This document shows positions 41,901-52,666 of a stretch of DNA of 64,000 bases, piece by piece. The translations under genes and the position numbers were made by a program. A model generated the notes under the pieces. That model made no database searches. It saw nothing but the letters and a program-made list of their open reading frames with translations, and was not told where the DNA came from. Within the stretch, counting starts at the first letter, position 1. The number at the start of each line of letters is the position of its first letter. Origin of the DNA: Eledone cirrhosa (Eukaryota); NCBI GenBank assembly GCA_964016885.1, contig CAXHJY010001298.1, forward strand, positions 29,263-93,262, written 5' to 3'.

Positions 41901-44900
41901 TAGCTGTCGAGACACTGCATCCTTTAAAACCACCATGGAACACACTACCTTCATGAGTTGTTAGCTGTCGAGACACTGCATCCTTTAAAACCTCCATGGA
42001 ACAAACTACCTGCATCCTTTAAAACCTCCATGGAACAAAATACCTGCATCAGTTGTTAGCTGTCGAGACACTGCATCCTTTAAAACCTCCATGGAACACA
42101 GTACCTGCATCAGTTGTTAGCTGTCGAGACACTGCATCCTTTAAAACCTCCATGGAACAAACTACCTGCATCAGTTGTTAGCTGTCGAGACACTGCATCC
42201 TTTAAAACCTCCATGGAACACACTACCTGCATCAGTTGTTAGCTGTCGAGACACTGCATCCTTTAAAACCTCCATGGAACACAGTACCTGCATCAGTTGT
42301 TAGCTGTCGAGACACTGCATCCTTTAAAACCTCCATGGAACAAACTACCTGCATCAGTTGTTAGCTGTCGAGACACTGCATCCTTTAAAACCTCCATGGA
42401 ACACACTACCTGCATCAGTTGTTAACTGTAGAGACACTGCATCCTTTAAAACCTCTACGGAACACACTACCTGCATCAGTTGTTAGCTGTCAAGACACTG
42501 CATCCTTTAAAACCTCCATGGAACACACTACCTGCATCAGTTGTTAGCTGTCAAGACACTGCATCCTTTAAAACCTCCATGGAACACAGTACCTGCATCA
42601 GTTGTTAGCTGTCGGGACACTGCATCCTTTAAAACCTCCATGGAACAAACTACCTGCATCAGTTGTTAGCTGTCAAAACACTGCATCCTTTCAAACCTCC
42701 ATGGAACACACTACCTGCATCAGTTATTAGCTGTCGAGACACTGCATCCTTTCAAAGCTCTATGGAACACACTACCTGCATCAGTTGTTAGCTGGCGAGA
42801 CACTGCATCCTTTAAAACCTCTACGGAACACAGTACCTGCATCAGTTGTTAGCTGTCAAGAAACTGCATCCTTTAAAACCTCCATGGAACACAGTACCTG
42901 CATCAGTTGTTAGCTGTCGAGACAATGCATCCTTTAAAACCTCCATGGAACAAACTACCTGCATCAGTTGTTAGCTGTCGAGACACTGCATCCTTTAAAA
43001 CCTCCATCGAACACACTACCTGCATCAGTTGTTAACTGTAGAGACACTGCATCCTTTAAAACCTCCATGGAAAAAACTACCTGCATCAGTTATTAGGTGT
43101 CGAGACACTGCATGCTTTAAAACCTCCTTGGAACACACTACCTGCATCAGTTGTTAGCTGTCAAGACACTGCATCCTTTAAAACCTCCATGGAACACACT
43201 ACCTGCATCAGTTGTTAGCTGTCGAGACACTGCATCCTTTAAAACCACCATGGAACACACTACCTTCATGAGTTGTTAGCTGTCGAGACACTGCATCCTT
43301 TAAAACCTCCATGGAACAAACTACCTGCATCCTTTAAAACCTCCATGGAACAAAATACCTGCATCAGTTGTTAGCTGTCGAGACACTGCATCCTTTAAAA
43401 CCTCCATGGATCACACTAACTGCATGAGTTGTTAGCTGTCGAGACACTGCATCCTTTAAAACCACCATGGAACACACTACCTGTATCAGTTGTTAGCTGT
43501 CGAGACACTGCATCCTTCAATACCTCTACGGAACACACTACCTGCATCTGTTGTTAGCTGTCAAGACACTGCATCCTTTAAAACCTCCATGGAACACACT
43601 ACCTGCATGAGTTGTTAGCTGTCGAGACACTGCATCCTTTAAAACCACCATGGAACACACTACCTGCATCAGTTGTTAGCTGTCAAGACACTGCATCCTT
43701 TAAAACCTCCATGGAACAAACTACCTGCATCAGTTGTTAGCTGTCGAGACACTGCATCCTTTAAAACCTCCATGGATCACACTACCTGCATCAGTTGTTA
43801 GCTGTCGAGACACTGCATCCTTCAATACCTCTACGGAACACACTACCTGCATCAGTTGTTAGCTGTCAAGACACTGCATCCTTTAAAACCTCCATGGAAC
43901 ACAGTACCTGCATCAGTTGTTAGCTGTCGAGACACTGCATCCTTTAAAACCTCCATGGAACAAACTACTTGCATCAGTTGTTAGATGTCGAGACACTGCA
44001 TCCTTTAAAACCTCCATGGAACAAACTACCTGCATCAGTTGTTAGATGTCGGGACACTGCATCCTTTAAAACCTCCATGGAACAAACTACCTGCATCAGT
44101 TGTTAGCTGTCAAGACACTGCATCCTTTCAAACCTCCATGGAACACACTACCTGCATCAGTTGTTAGCTGTCGAGACACTGCATCCTTTCAAAGCTCCAT
44201 GGAACACACTACCTGCATCAGTTGTTAGCTGTCAAGACACTGCATGCTTTAAAACCTCCATGGAACACACTACCTGCATCAATTGTTAGCTGTCGAGACA
44301 CTGCATCCTTTAAAACCTCTACGGAACACACTACCTGCATCAGTTGTTAGCTGTCAAGACACTGCATCCTTTAAAACCTCCATGGAACACAGTACCTGCA
44401 TCAGTTGTTAGCTGTCGAGACACTGCATCCTTTAAAACCTCCATGGAAAAAACTACCTGCATCAGTTATTAGGTGTCGAGACACTGCATCCTTTAAAACC
44501 TCCTTGGAACACACTACCTGCATCAGTTGTTAGCTGTCGAGACACTGCATCCTTTAAAACCACCATGGAACACACTACCTGCATGAGTTGTTAGCTGATA
44601 AGACACTCCATCCTTTAAAACCCCCATGGAATACACTACCTGCATCAGTTGTTAGCTGTCAAGACACTGCATCCTTTAAAACCTCCATGGAACAAAGTAC
44701 CTGCATCAGTTGTTAGCTGTCGAGACACTGCATCCTTTAAAACCTCCATGGAACAAACTACCTGCATCAGTTGTTAACTGTAGAGACACTGCATCCTTTA
44801 AAACCTCCATGGAACACACTATCTGCATCAGTTGTTAGCTGTCGAGACACTGCATCCTTTAAAACCACCATGGAACACACTACCTGCATGAGTTGTTAGC

Positions 44901-46032
44901 TGTCAAGACACTGCATCCTTTAAAACCTCCATGGAACAAACTACCTGCATCAGTTGTTAGCTGTCGAGACACTGCATCCTTTAAAACCTCCATGGATAAC
45001 ACTACCTGCATCAGTTGTTAGCTGTCGAGACACTGCATCCTTCAAAACCTCTACGGAACACACTACCTGCATCAGTTGTTAGCTGTCAAGACACTGCATC
45101 CTTTAAAACCTCCATGGAACACAGTACCTGCATCAGTTGTTAGCTGTCGAGACACTGCATCCTTTAAAACCTCCATGGAACAAACTACCTGCATCAGTTG
45201 TTAGCTGTCGAGACACTGCATCCTTTAAAACCACCATGGAACACACTACCTGCATGAGTTGTTAGCTGTAAAGACACTGCATCCTTTAAAACCTCCATGG
45301 AACAAACTACCTGCATCAGTTGTTAGCTGTCGAGACACTGCATCCTTTAAAACCTCCATGGAACAAACTACCTGCATCAGTTGTTAGATGTCGGGACACT
45401 GCTTCCTTTAAAACCTCCATGGAACAAACTACCTGCATCAGTTGTTAGCTGTCAAGACACTGCATCCTTTAAAACCTCCATGGAACACACTACCTGCATC
45501 AGTTGTTAGCTGTCGAGACACTGCATCCTTTAAAACCTCTACGGAACACACTACCTGCATCAGTTGTTAGCTGTCAAGACACTGCATCCTTTAAAACCTC
45601 CATGGAACACAGTACCTGCATCAGTTGTTAGCTGTCGAGACACTGCATCCTTTAAAACCTCCATGGAACAAACTACCTGCATCAGTTGTTAGCTGTCGAG
45701 ACACTGCATCCTTTAAAACCTCCATGGAACACACTACCTGCATGAGTTGTTAACTGTAGAGACACTGCATCCTTTAAAACCTCCATGGAAAAAAACTACC
45801 TGCATCAGTTATTAGGTGTCGAGACACTGCATCCTTTGAAACCTCCATGGAACACACTACCTGCATCAGTTGTTTGCTGACGAGACACTGCATCCTTTAA
45901 AACCTCAATGGAACAAACTACCTGCATCAGTTGTTAGCTATCAAGACACTGCATCCCTTAAAACCTCCATGGAACACACTCTTTGCATCAGTTGTTAGCT
46001 GTCAAGACACTGCATCCTTTAAAACCTCCATG
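11982..46032. repeat. 61-bp satellite DNA array, about 34 kb and about 558 monomers, with higher-order structure
   Basis: Consensus CATGGAACACACTACCTGCATCAGTTGTTAGCTGTC(A/G)AGACACTGCATCCTTTAAAACCTC; the pattern shifts 1 nt per 60-nt line; no interrupting insertion seen; no long ORF. Confidence 0.99.
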
Positions 46033-46139
46033 CTTCCTGAGATTCGCCAACACTACTCCTAATATTCCCCCTCCATACACATACACATATGTATATCATG
46101 ACTCATACACTATTCACTTCCCTGACATTCTTTCATTAT

Positions 46140-46174
<35 letters not shown>

Positions 46175-46184
46175 AACGAGTAGG

Positions 46185-46280
46185 ACCCCGACGGCTGAGC
46201 TCAAGCCGTTTCGACGGCTAATTCTGGACTAAATGAGCATTTTTATCCTGGTATTTGGATAGCCGAGCTTCTCAAGGGGT
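46185..46280 (-). ncRNA. Type I hammerhead ribozyme, U3-A8 core variant (mirror copy)
   Basis: Reverse complement of 47708-47803; TTGAGAA core and stems I and III retained. Confidence 0.65.
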
Positions 46281-47707
46281 AATTCCATATATGGTAAAAG
46301 TGATTGTCACGAGGATTGGTCAAAAGTTTGTTGTTGAGACATAATAATTCTATGATGGCAATTTGTGGAGGGAAGGGGTAGCTGAACCTGCCAGTAGGAG
46401 AAAGAGGGAGAGGGGGTGGAGGAGACCCAGTCATGCGTTGATAGTGCCGACTACAGCTGGGCATGAGGTCAAAGAAGATACTAGGGAGGGTGAGGGGGAG
46501 GAAGTCGAAACAATTAGTAAAACAATATGGGGTAAATATATAAAAAAATACCGAGAGTGTTAAAAAGCAATTAAATGTAAAAAATCAACAATTTCTGGTT
46601 ACTACGACCTAAGTCTCTCACTGGTACTGCTAGGCTAAAGAAAGGTTTACTAGGTGGGACGGAATTATAATGAGACCCTTTTAAGAGGTATAAGTAATAA
46701 ACCGAGTATATCTTACGGTGACGGGTCAACAAGTGGGGCCAAAATACTAAAGAAACTACCACGAAATAATAAATAAAGGTTTCTACTCAAGGCACAAGGC
46801 CAGCAACCACCCTTCAGTACCCCCACCCCTTCCCCTATTCTATGATAGATTTGGCCGACTCCGCTTTTTATAGCAGATGAGTTAGACCCCGGATACTTGC
46901 CTTCTTATCCGACCGCTGCCCCTTTTGCGTGCTTTCTATATTTCTTAGTGATATCTTTGCTTTAATTTCTCGTATATCAGTATTTATATTTTTTTTTTTG
47001 GGGGGGGGGGGGATTCTGAATTAATTTTCCGTATCAAATTTTACATACACTTCGTACGAGCATTTATGTAGTTTGCACTAGAACTTTTGTATCGTGGCGG
47101 CACCCTTAGAGATAGTATTAGTATTCTTTTTCGGGATTCTGAATTATTATTTCGTATTAGTTTACTTTTTGCACTGGGTGGTTGCTGGCCTTGTGCCTGA
47201 AGTAGAAACCTTTATTTATTATTTCGTGGTAGTTTCTTTAGTATTTTGGCCCCACTTGTTGACCCGTCACCGTAAGATATACTCGGTTTATTACTTATAC
47301 CTCTTAAAAGGGTCTCATTATAATTCCATCCCACCTAGTAAACCTTTCTTTAGCCTAGCAGTACCAGTGAGAGACTTAGGTCGTAGTAACCAGAAATTGT
47401 CGATTTTTTTACATTTAATTGCTTTTTAACACTCTCGGTATTTTTCTATATATTTACCCCATATTGTTTTACTAATTGTTTCGACTTCCCCCCCTCCCCC
47501 TCCCTAGTATCTTCTTTGACCTCATGCCCAGCTGTAGTCGGCACTATCAACGCATGACTGGGTCTCCTCCACCCCCTCTCTCTCTTTCTCCTACTGGCAG
47601 GTTCAGCTACCCCTTCCCTCCACAAATTGCCATCATAGAATTATTATGTCTCAACAACAAACTTTTGACCAATCCTTGTGACAATCACCTTTACCATATA
47701 TGGAATT

Positions 47708-47803
47708 ACCCCTTGAGAAGCTCGGCTATTCAAATACCAGGATATAAATGTTCATTTAGTCCAGAATTAGCCGTCGAAACGGCTTGAGCTCAGCCGTCGG
47801 GGT
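47708..47803 (+). ncRNA. Type I hammerhead ribozyme, U3-A8 core variant with long stems II and III
   Basis: ACCCC-TTGAGAA-G..CGGCTA..TAGCCG.C-GAAA-CGGCT-tgagctc-AGCCG-TC|GGGGT; predicted cleavage after 47798. Confidence 0.7.
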
Positions 47804-47894
47804 CCTACTCGTTCCTATTACCCACTCTACTACCCTAAGTATTGAGTACTTTGGTGCGTTATGGTCCACCTGGTTCGTTACCACATTTCCTCCG

Positions 47895-47940
<46 letters not shown>

Positions 47941-48445
47941 TGTTATACTTGGGGAGCGTCATACTTGTGTAATATTGCCAGAATTAATAACAGAACACAA
48001 AACTAATTCATCGCCGTTATATATTTATATATATATATTGAATAATCTGGGGCACATAGTAGCGTTCTGTTACCCACCATCACCACCACCACCACCACCA
48101 CCACCACACTCTTTTGATGATATCATATATGTAAGGTTTTATGAATATAAATGAATTCTACAATTATTTTCCCAGAAAAAACGTAATATCTTTGATAAAT
48201 CATCTGCGTAATAATGTCTTGATATTTTTCTATTCCAGCGGGTGTATGTTTGTGTATATTTGTGTATGTGTCAGCGTGTGTGGCTGCGTGTGTGCGATTA
48301 TGTGTATGATATACTGATTACATGTATATGAGAAGTGAATGTGAGTATATATGCACGTGTGATATCCTGTGACTGAAAAATAGTACACGAGCTCACAAAC
48401 ATATGCACACGCAAGAGGTGGTGTTATACATATCACACATACAAA

Positions 48446-48505
<60 letters not shown>

Positions 48506-48587
48506 AAAATGGAACGGGAACAAAACAGAGGCAGTACGAACAAAGGTTTATTAGTTTCACGCTCTTGAGAGTGGGGGTGGGGGTGGG

Positions 48588-48622
48588 GAACGACGTTTCG
48601 GGCATAGGCCCTTCTTCAGGCG
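48588..48622 (-). ncRNA. Minimal type I hammerhead ribozyme of the PLE terminal repeat
   Basis: CTGAAGA-aGGGC-ctat-GCCC-GAAA-CG-TC with palindromic ACGT stem III typical of PLE HHRs. Confidence 0.8.
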
Positions 48623-50004
48623 AAAAGTGGGTGGGAAGAGAGTTCCGAGGGTGTGTAGGGGAGTGGAGGAGAGACATTTAGAAAAAAGAGGGGGGGTGGA
48701 AGGGGTACAAATAAAAAAAATAAAAATAAAAATAAAAATAAACATGAAGATAAACAAGTGGTGGAAGGGTGTGGGGCGTCTAGGGGTGGTGGCGGGTGGA
48801 GTGGAGAGAGGGAGGCGGGGGTGTCCGAGCGGGGAGGGCTGAAGGTGGTGTATGTGTGTAGGTGTACGTGTGTGTGTATGTGTGTGTGTATGTGAATGTG
48901 AGAGTTGGGGGAAGAACGAGGTTCCATGTTCAGGAAAAGGTGTGTGTGTGGGATGGGTTGTAGGTCGGTGAGTGTGTGCGTGTGGATGGGTAGGGGTCAG
49001 AGGGGTGGGGGAGAGGGGAGGATTCCGGAGGCTGAGTGTGTATATATGTGGGGGTACGCACATGTGTGGTGTTTATACGTTTTGTGGATGTAGGTGGCGT
49101 GGTTCGAAACATTTTTTTTGAGTGTATTGCCGTAGGTAAGTTCCTAAGGTAGATCCGTCGAGAGTGTGAAGAGCTGGCGGATATTTTCCATGTGAGGGAG
49201 TAGATAGTGGGAACGATGGCCAATGGTGTGTAATCCGTGGTTGTGTTGGTCGGAAGAGGGGAGATGTGGGGGTGCGCGCACAACAGGAAGTGGTCAGAGG
49301 GTCAAGGTATAGCAGAGGTAGAGGAGAATGGCAGGTGGAGAAAGTCAGTGTGTCAGTGTGTGCGGTGGACAGGGGAGGGGATGGGTAGTTGTGAAAGGTG
49401 GAGTGGGGAGGCGGTCATGCGGGGGGATGGGGTGTGTATTAGTAGAGGTGTTAGTGGGATGTGTGTGTGTGTGTGAAGGTGTGTGGGTGGAGCGGGGAGA
49501 GAGAGAAAAAAGGTATGGGGGACGGTAGAGGGAGTGTAGTGTACTGGTGTGTGTGTGCGTGTTTGGATGAGTGTGTGTGTGTGGTGAAGGGGGTGTTAGT
49601 ATACTGGTGGTGAGGAAAGGGTTGAATGCGGGTGTGTTAGTGGAGGTCAATGGTGGTAGAGTGGGTGGTGTAAGTAGGTGTGGGTGGGGTCGGTGGGATG
49701 TTAGTGGTATTAGTTGTGGGGTGGTGGGAGTAGATGTGTAGGTGAGGGTTAGTGGTGGTAGTAGGGTGTGTGGATAGTGTGAGTGCGTGTATATATGTAC
49801 CGGTGGGTGTGTGCGGGAAAAGGGGAGGGGTGGGTATGTTAGTATTGTTAGTTGGGGGAGGGTGATCGGGGTGGGGGTGGTAGTATTGTCAGTTGTGGGG
49901 TGGGCCAAGGGGGTGGGCGGTGAAAAGGAGGAGTGTGTTAGTGGTGTTAGTGGAGGATAAGTGTGTGTGTGTGTGTGGGGGGGGGGCAACAGGGCGGTCG
50001 ACGG

Positions 50005-51902
50005 CTAAAGGAATAGGGGCGGGGAGTTCAGGCCGGGGGGAGTGTGGGTCTGTAGGGTGAAGATGGTGCGTTGTTCGACCCTGAGGCGGGTGGCAGGTGT
50101 TCCGTGGCATTGGAGTAGGCCACAGACTGAGGTGATGCGCGGAATGTCCAGGGGAGCCAAAGTGGCGGGGAACTCCCGCCGAGATGGGGGAACTCCCGCC
50201 GATGGGGGAACTCCAGCACGGGCGCGAGTGAGGGCGGTGTGGACGAGGGAGGAGGGAGGGGGTAACCTTTGCGGATGTAATGGCTGACTAGGGAAAGGGC
50301 CTGGGACTCAAAGTCAGCATCACGGCTACAGAGGCGGCGGATCCTGAGGAGTTGGGAGTAGGGAATAGAGTGTTTAGTGTGTGGGGGGTGGGAAGAGGTG
50401 AAGTCGAGGTAGGAGTAGGAGTCGGTGGGTTTGAAGAAGGCGGAGGTGACGAGGGAGTGGTGGTAGGGGTCGACGGCGACGAAGATGTCTAAGTAGTGGA
50501 CGTGGGTGGTGGAGATAGAGGTGGTGAAGTGGAGGGAGGGGTGGAAGGAGCAGAAGAAGAAGAGAAAGAAGTCGAGCTGTTCTCGGGTGAGGGTCGTGGC
50601 TTCGATACAGTCGTCAATGTAACGACCGTACAGTTCGGGCGTGGGGCCGGTGTACTGGGCAAAGATTTGGGCCTCAACATGGCCAACGAAAAGGTTGGCA
50701 TAGTTTTGGACCATTTTTGTGCCCATGGCTATCCCCGTGACCTGTTGGTAAAACTCACCCGAGAAGGAGAAGCAGTTGAGGGTGAGGACCAGCTCGGCGA
50801 GGCGAAGGAGGGTGGGGGTGGAGGGGATCGGGGAGGGGCGAAGGTCGAGGTAGTGCTTGAGGGCACGTAGGCCGTCGGCGTGGGGGATGAAAGTATAAAG
50901 CGACTTGATATCTAGGGTGAAGAGGAAGGGCTGTGGGCCGGGTGGGAAGGTGAAGGAGTCGAATAGGCGAAGGGCGTGGTTGGTGTCGGAAATGTGGGAG
51001 GGGAGGGAAGTGACTAGGGGGGCGAGAAGGGAGTCAAGAAAGGCAAAGATGAGTTCGGTGGGGCAGTTGCAAGCGGAGACGATGGGGCGGCCGGGGTTGT
51101 CGGGTTTGTGGAGTTTGGGGAGGAAGTAGATGGTGGGGGTGCGGGGGGTGCGGACGATGAGGTGGGAAGCGGTGGGAGGGAGGAGGGAGGAGGAGACAAG
51201 GTGTTGGATGGTGGAGGAAAACTTGTTGGTAGAGGGGTGTGGGGTCGGAGGGTAGAGGGCCGTAGAAGAGGGGTTACGGAGCTGCCTGAGGGCTTCAGCC
51301 GTGTAGAGGTCAGCGCGCCACACCACCACGGCGCCTCCCTTGTCCGCCGGTTTAATGACGATGTCATCTCGGCTACGGAGGGAGCGGAGAACGAGGAGTT
51401 CGCCCCGTGAGATGTTATGCAGTTTGGAACGGTGGCGGAAGTCGAAACGATTTACTGCGCTACGGCTGGCATCGACGAAGGCGTCCAGGGTGCTAAATTG
51501 CACTGGGGCCGGCGTCCAAGACGATGGTCGTCGGCCCAGGGCGAGAAACGGGTCTGGGGCGTTCGGAGCCGGTGGCGTTTGATGAAAATGTGCCTGTAGC
51601 TTAGTGCGTCGCACGAATCGCTCGACTTCAGTTCGGGTGCGGAACTCGCCGCTGTGCGGAGTGTGGGGTATGAAGCGAAGGCCTCTACTGAGGAGTGAGC
51701 GCTCAGGTGCGGAGAGGGGGAGGTCAGGGGGTATGGTGACAACAAGTGGTGGGGTTTGGGTGTGTGAAGGAGGAGGGGAAGGTGTGGTGAGGGGTGAGGT
51801 GGAGGGTGGATGTTGGGTGTGAGTGTGGGGATGGGGTGGGGGTGGGGGTGGAATGGAGAGTGGTGGGGATGGGTGGGATGGGTGTGGGGGGGTCATAGGC
51901 AT
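50005..51902 (-). pseudogene. Penelope-like reverse transcriptase with truncated GIY-YIG endonuclease
   Basis: Motifs LLSRGLRFIP, IKPADKGGAVVV, LPKLHKPDNPGRPIVS, LDIKSLYT, GIAMGT, RYIDD, KPTD..YL..SSHP..SIPYSQLLRIRRLCS; shifted frame ends RLRVEQRTIFTLQTHTPPGLN (stop 50005-50007). Confidence 0.92.
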
Positions 51903-52059
51903 GGGCAGGGGGTGGGTGGATGGGGGTGGCAGGGAGGAGTAAGTGTAGCTTAAGGGCTTTGGTGGAGGTGAGGAAGGAGAAGAGGTCGTGGTTGGGGTTT
52001 TGGATGAAGGGGAGGATGGAGTGGGCGTGGAGGGGGAGGCAGGATGAGTTAAGGCGGAT

Positions 52060-52167
52060 ATATATAAAGGAGTCGGGGTCCCGACTCCTTTATATTACCA
52101 CACTTTACTACCTCAAGTATCGAGTACTCTGGTGAGTAATGGTCTAACAGGTGTTTACTGCATCCAT

Positions 52168-52172
<5 letters not shown>
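52060..52172 (+). mobile_element. Minimal fold-back tail related to the 46171-47896 family
   Basis: Palindrome ATATAAAGGAGTCGGG-gt-CCCGACTCCTTTATAT, then ccacactttactacctcaagtatcgagtactctggtg similar to 10626 and 47821, then (TA)n. Confidence 0.7.
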
Positions 52173-52214
<42 letters not shown>

Positions 52215-52223
52215 TATATATAT

Positions 52224-52322
52224 ACAGGGTGTCCCCAAAATTGTATACATACTTCAACACCATTCTAATAAATTGCCTGTACAGGTAATCAAAGTGTGTA
52301 AACATTTTTTGGGGACACCCTG
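52224..52322. mobile_element. Tc1/mariner-type MITE, about 99 bp
   Basis: TIRs CAGGGTGTCCCCAAAA / TTTTGGGGACACCCTG with TA on both sides. Confidence 0.9.
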
Positions 52323-52492
52323 TATATATATATATATAAACAGGGAGACACAAAGCAGGCTTTGTTTATAAACGGCTAGCGAATTTGAAAATTAGGTAGT
52401 AACATGTGCTTACGCCGTATTTGACTAAATAGAATTAGTCTGTTAGTTGAGATTTAAAAAACCCCTCTGAATTGAAAAAAAACGATGAGTAA

Positions 52493-52564
52493 TGACGTAT
52501 TTAGGACACGAACCCACATCTTTGGTTTGCCGGACCAATGTGTTACCATTACACCAGTTATGAC
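52493..52564 (-). pseudogene. tRNA-like sequence with GGC anticodon and broken acceptor stem
   Basis: D arm GTGT-aatggta-ACAC, anticodon arm TTGGT-ccGGCaa-ACCAA, T arm GGG-TTCGTGT-CCT; 72 nt; acceptor ends do not pair well. Confidence 0.6.
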
Positions 52565-52666
52565 CTTGGCTGCACGTGCATACTTGTTTCAACACAACAA
52601 ATTGAACCAACCGTGAGTTATTGCTGTTTATATACACACGTGTTTATAACATCTGTTACTTTTGCG

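Larger units (their letters stand above)
46171..47896 (+). mobile_element. Large fold-back non-autonomous PLE-like element: 642-bp inverted arms, 363-bp spacer, about 80-nt tail, between (TA)n tracts
   Basis: 46171-46812 is the reverse complement of 47176-47817 with roughly 2% differences; each arm carries an HHR. Confidence 0.85.
48502..52055 (-). mobile_element. Penelope-like retroelement (Neptune-like), internally deleted
   Basis: RT ORF, C-terminal GIY-YIG remnant, long low-complexity 3' region, minimal HHR plus AATAAA, ends in (TA)n. Confidence 0.9.

Noticed and set aside
11982-46032. 61-bp array as a CRISPR array or repeat-protein gene
   Set aside because: No unique spacers and no cas genes; the unit is not a multiple of 3 and stops recur, so no long ORF exists.
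46243-47787. Pairs of near-identical ORFs on opposite strands
   Set aside because: Consequence of the 642-bp inverted repeat; no recognisable protein motifs.
48557-49989. Pro/His/Thr-rich ORFs
   Set aside because: Low-complexity C-rich 3' region of the PLE.
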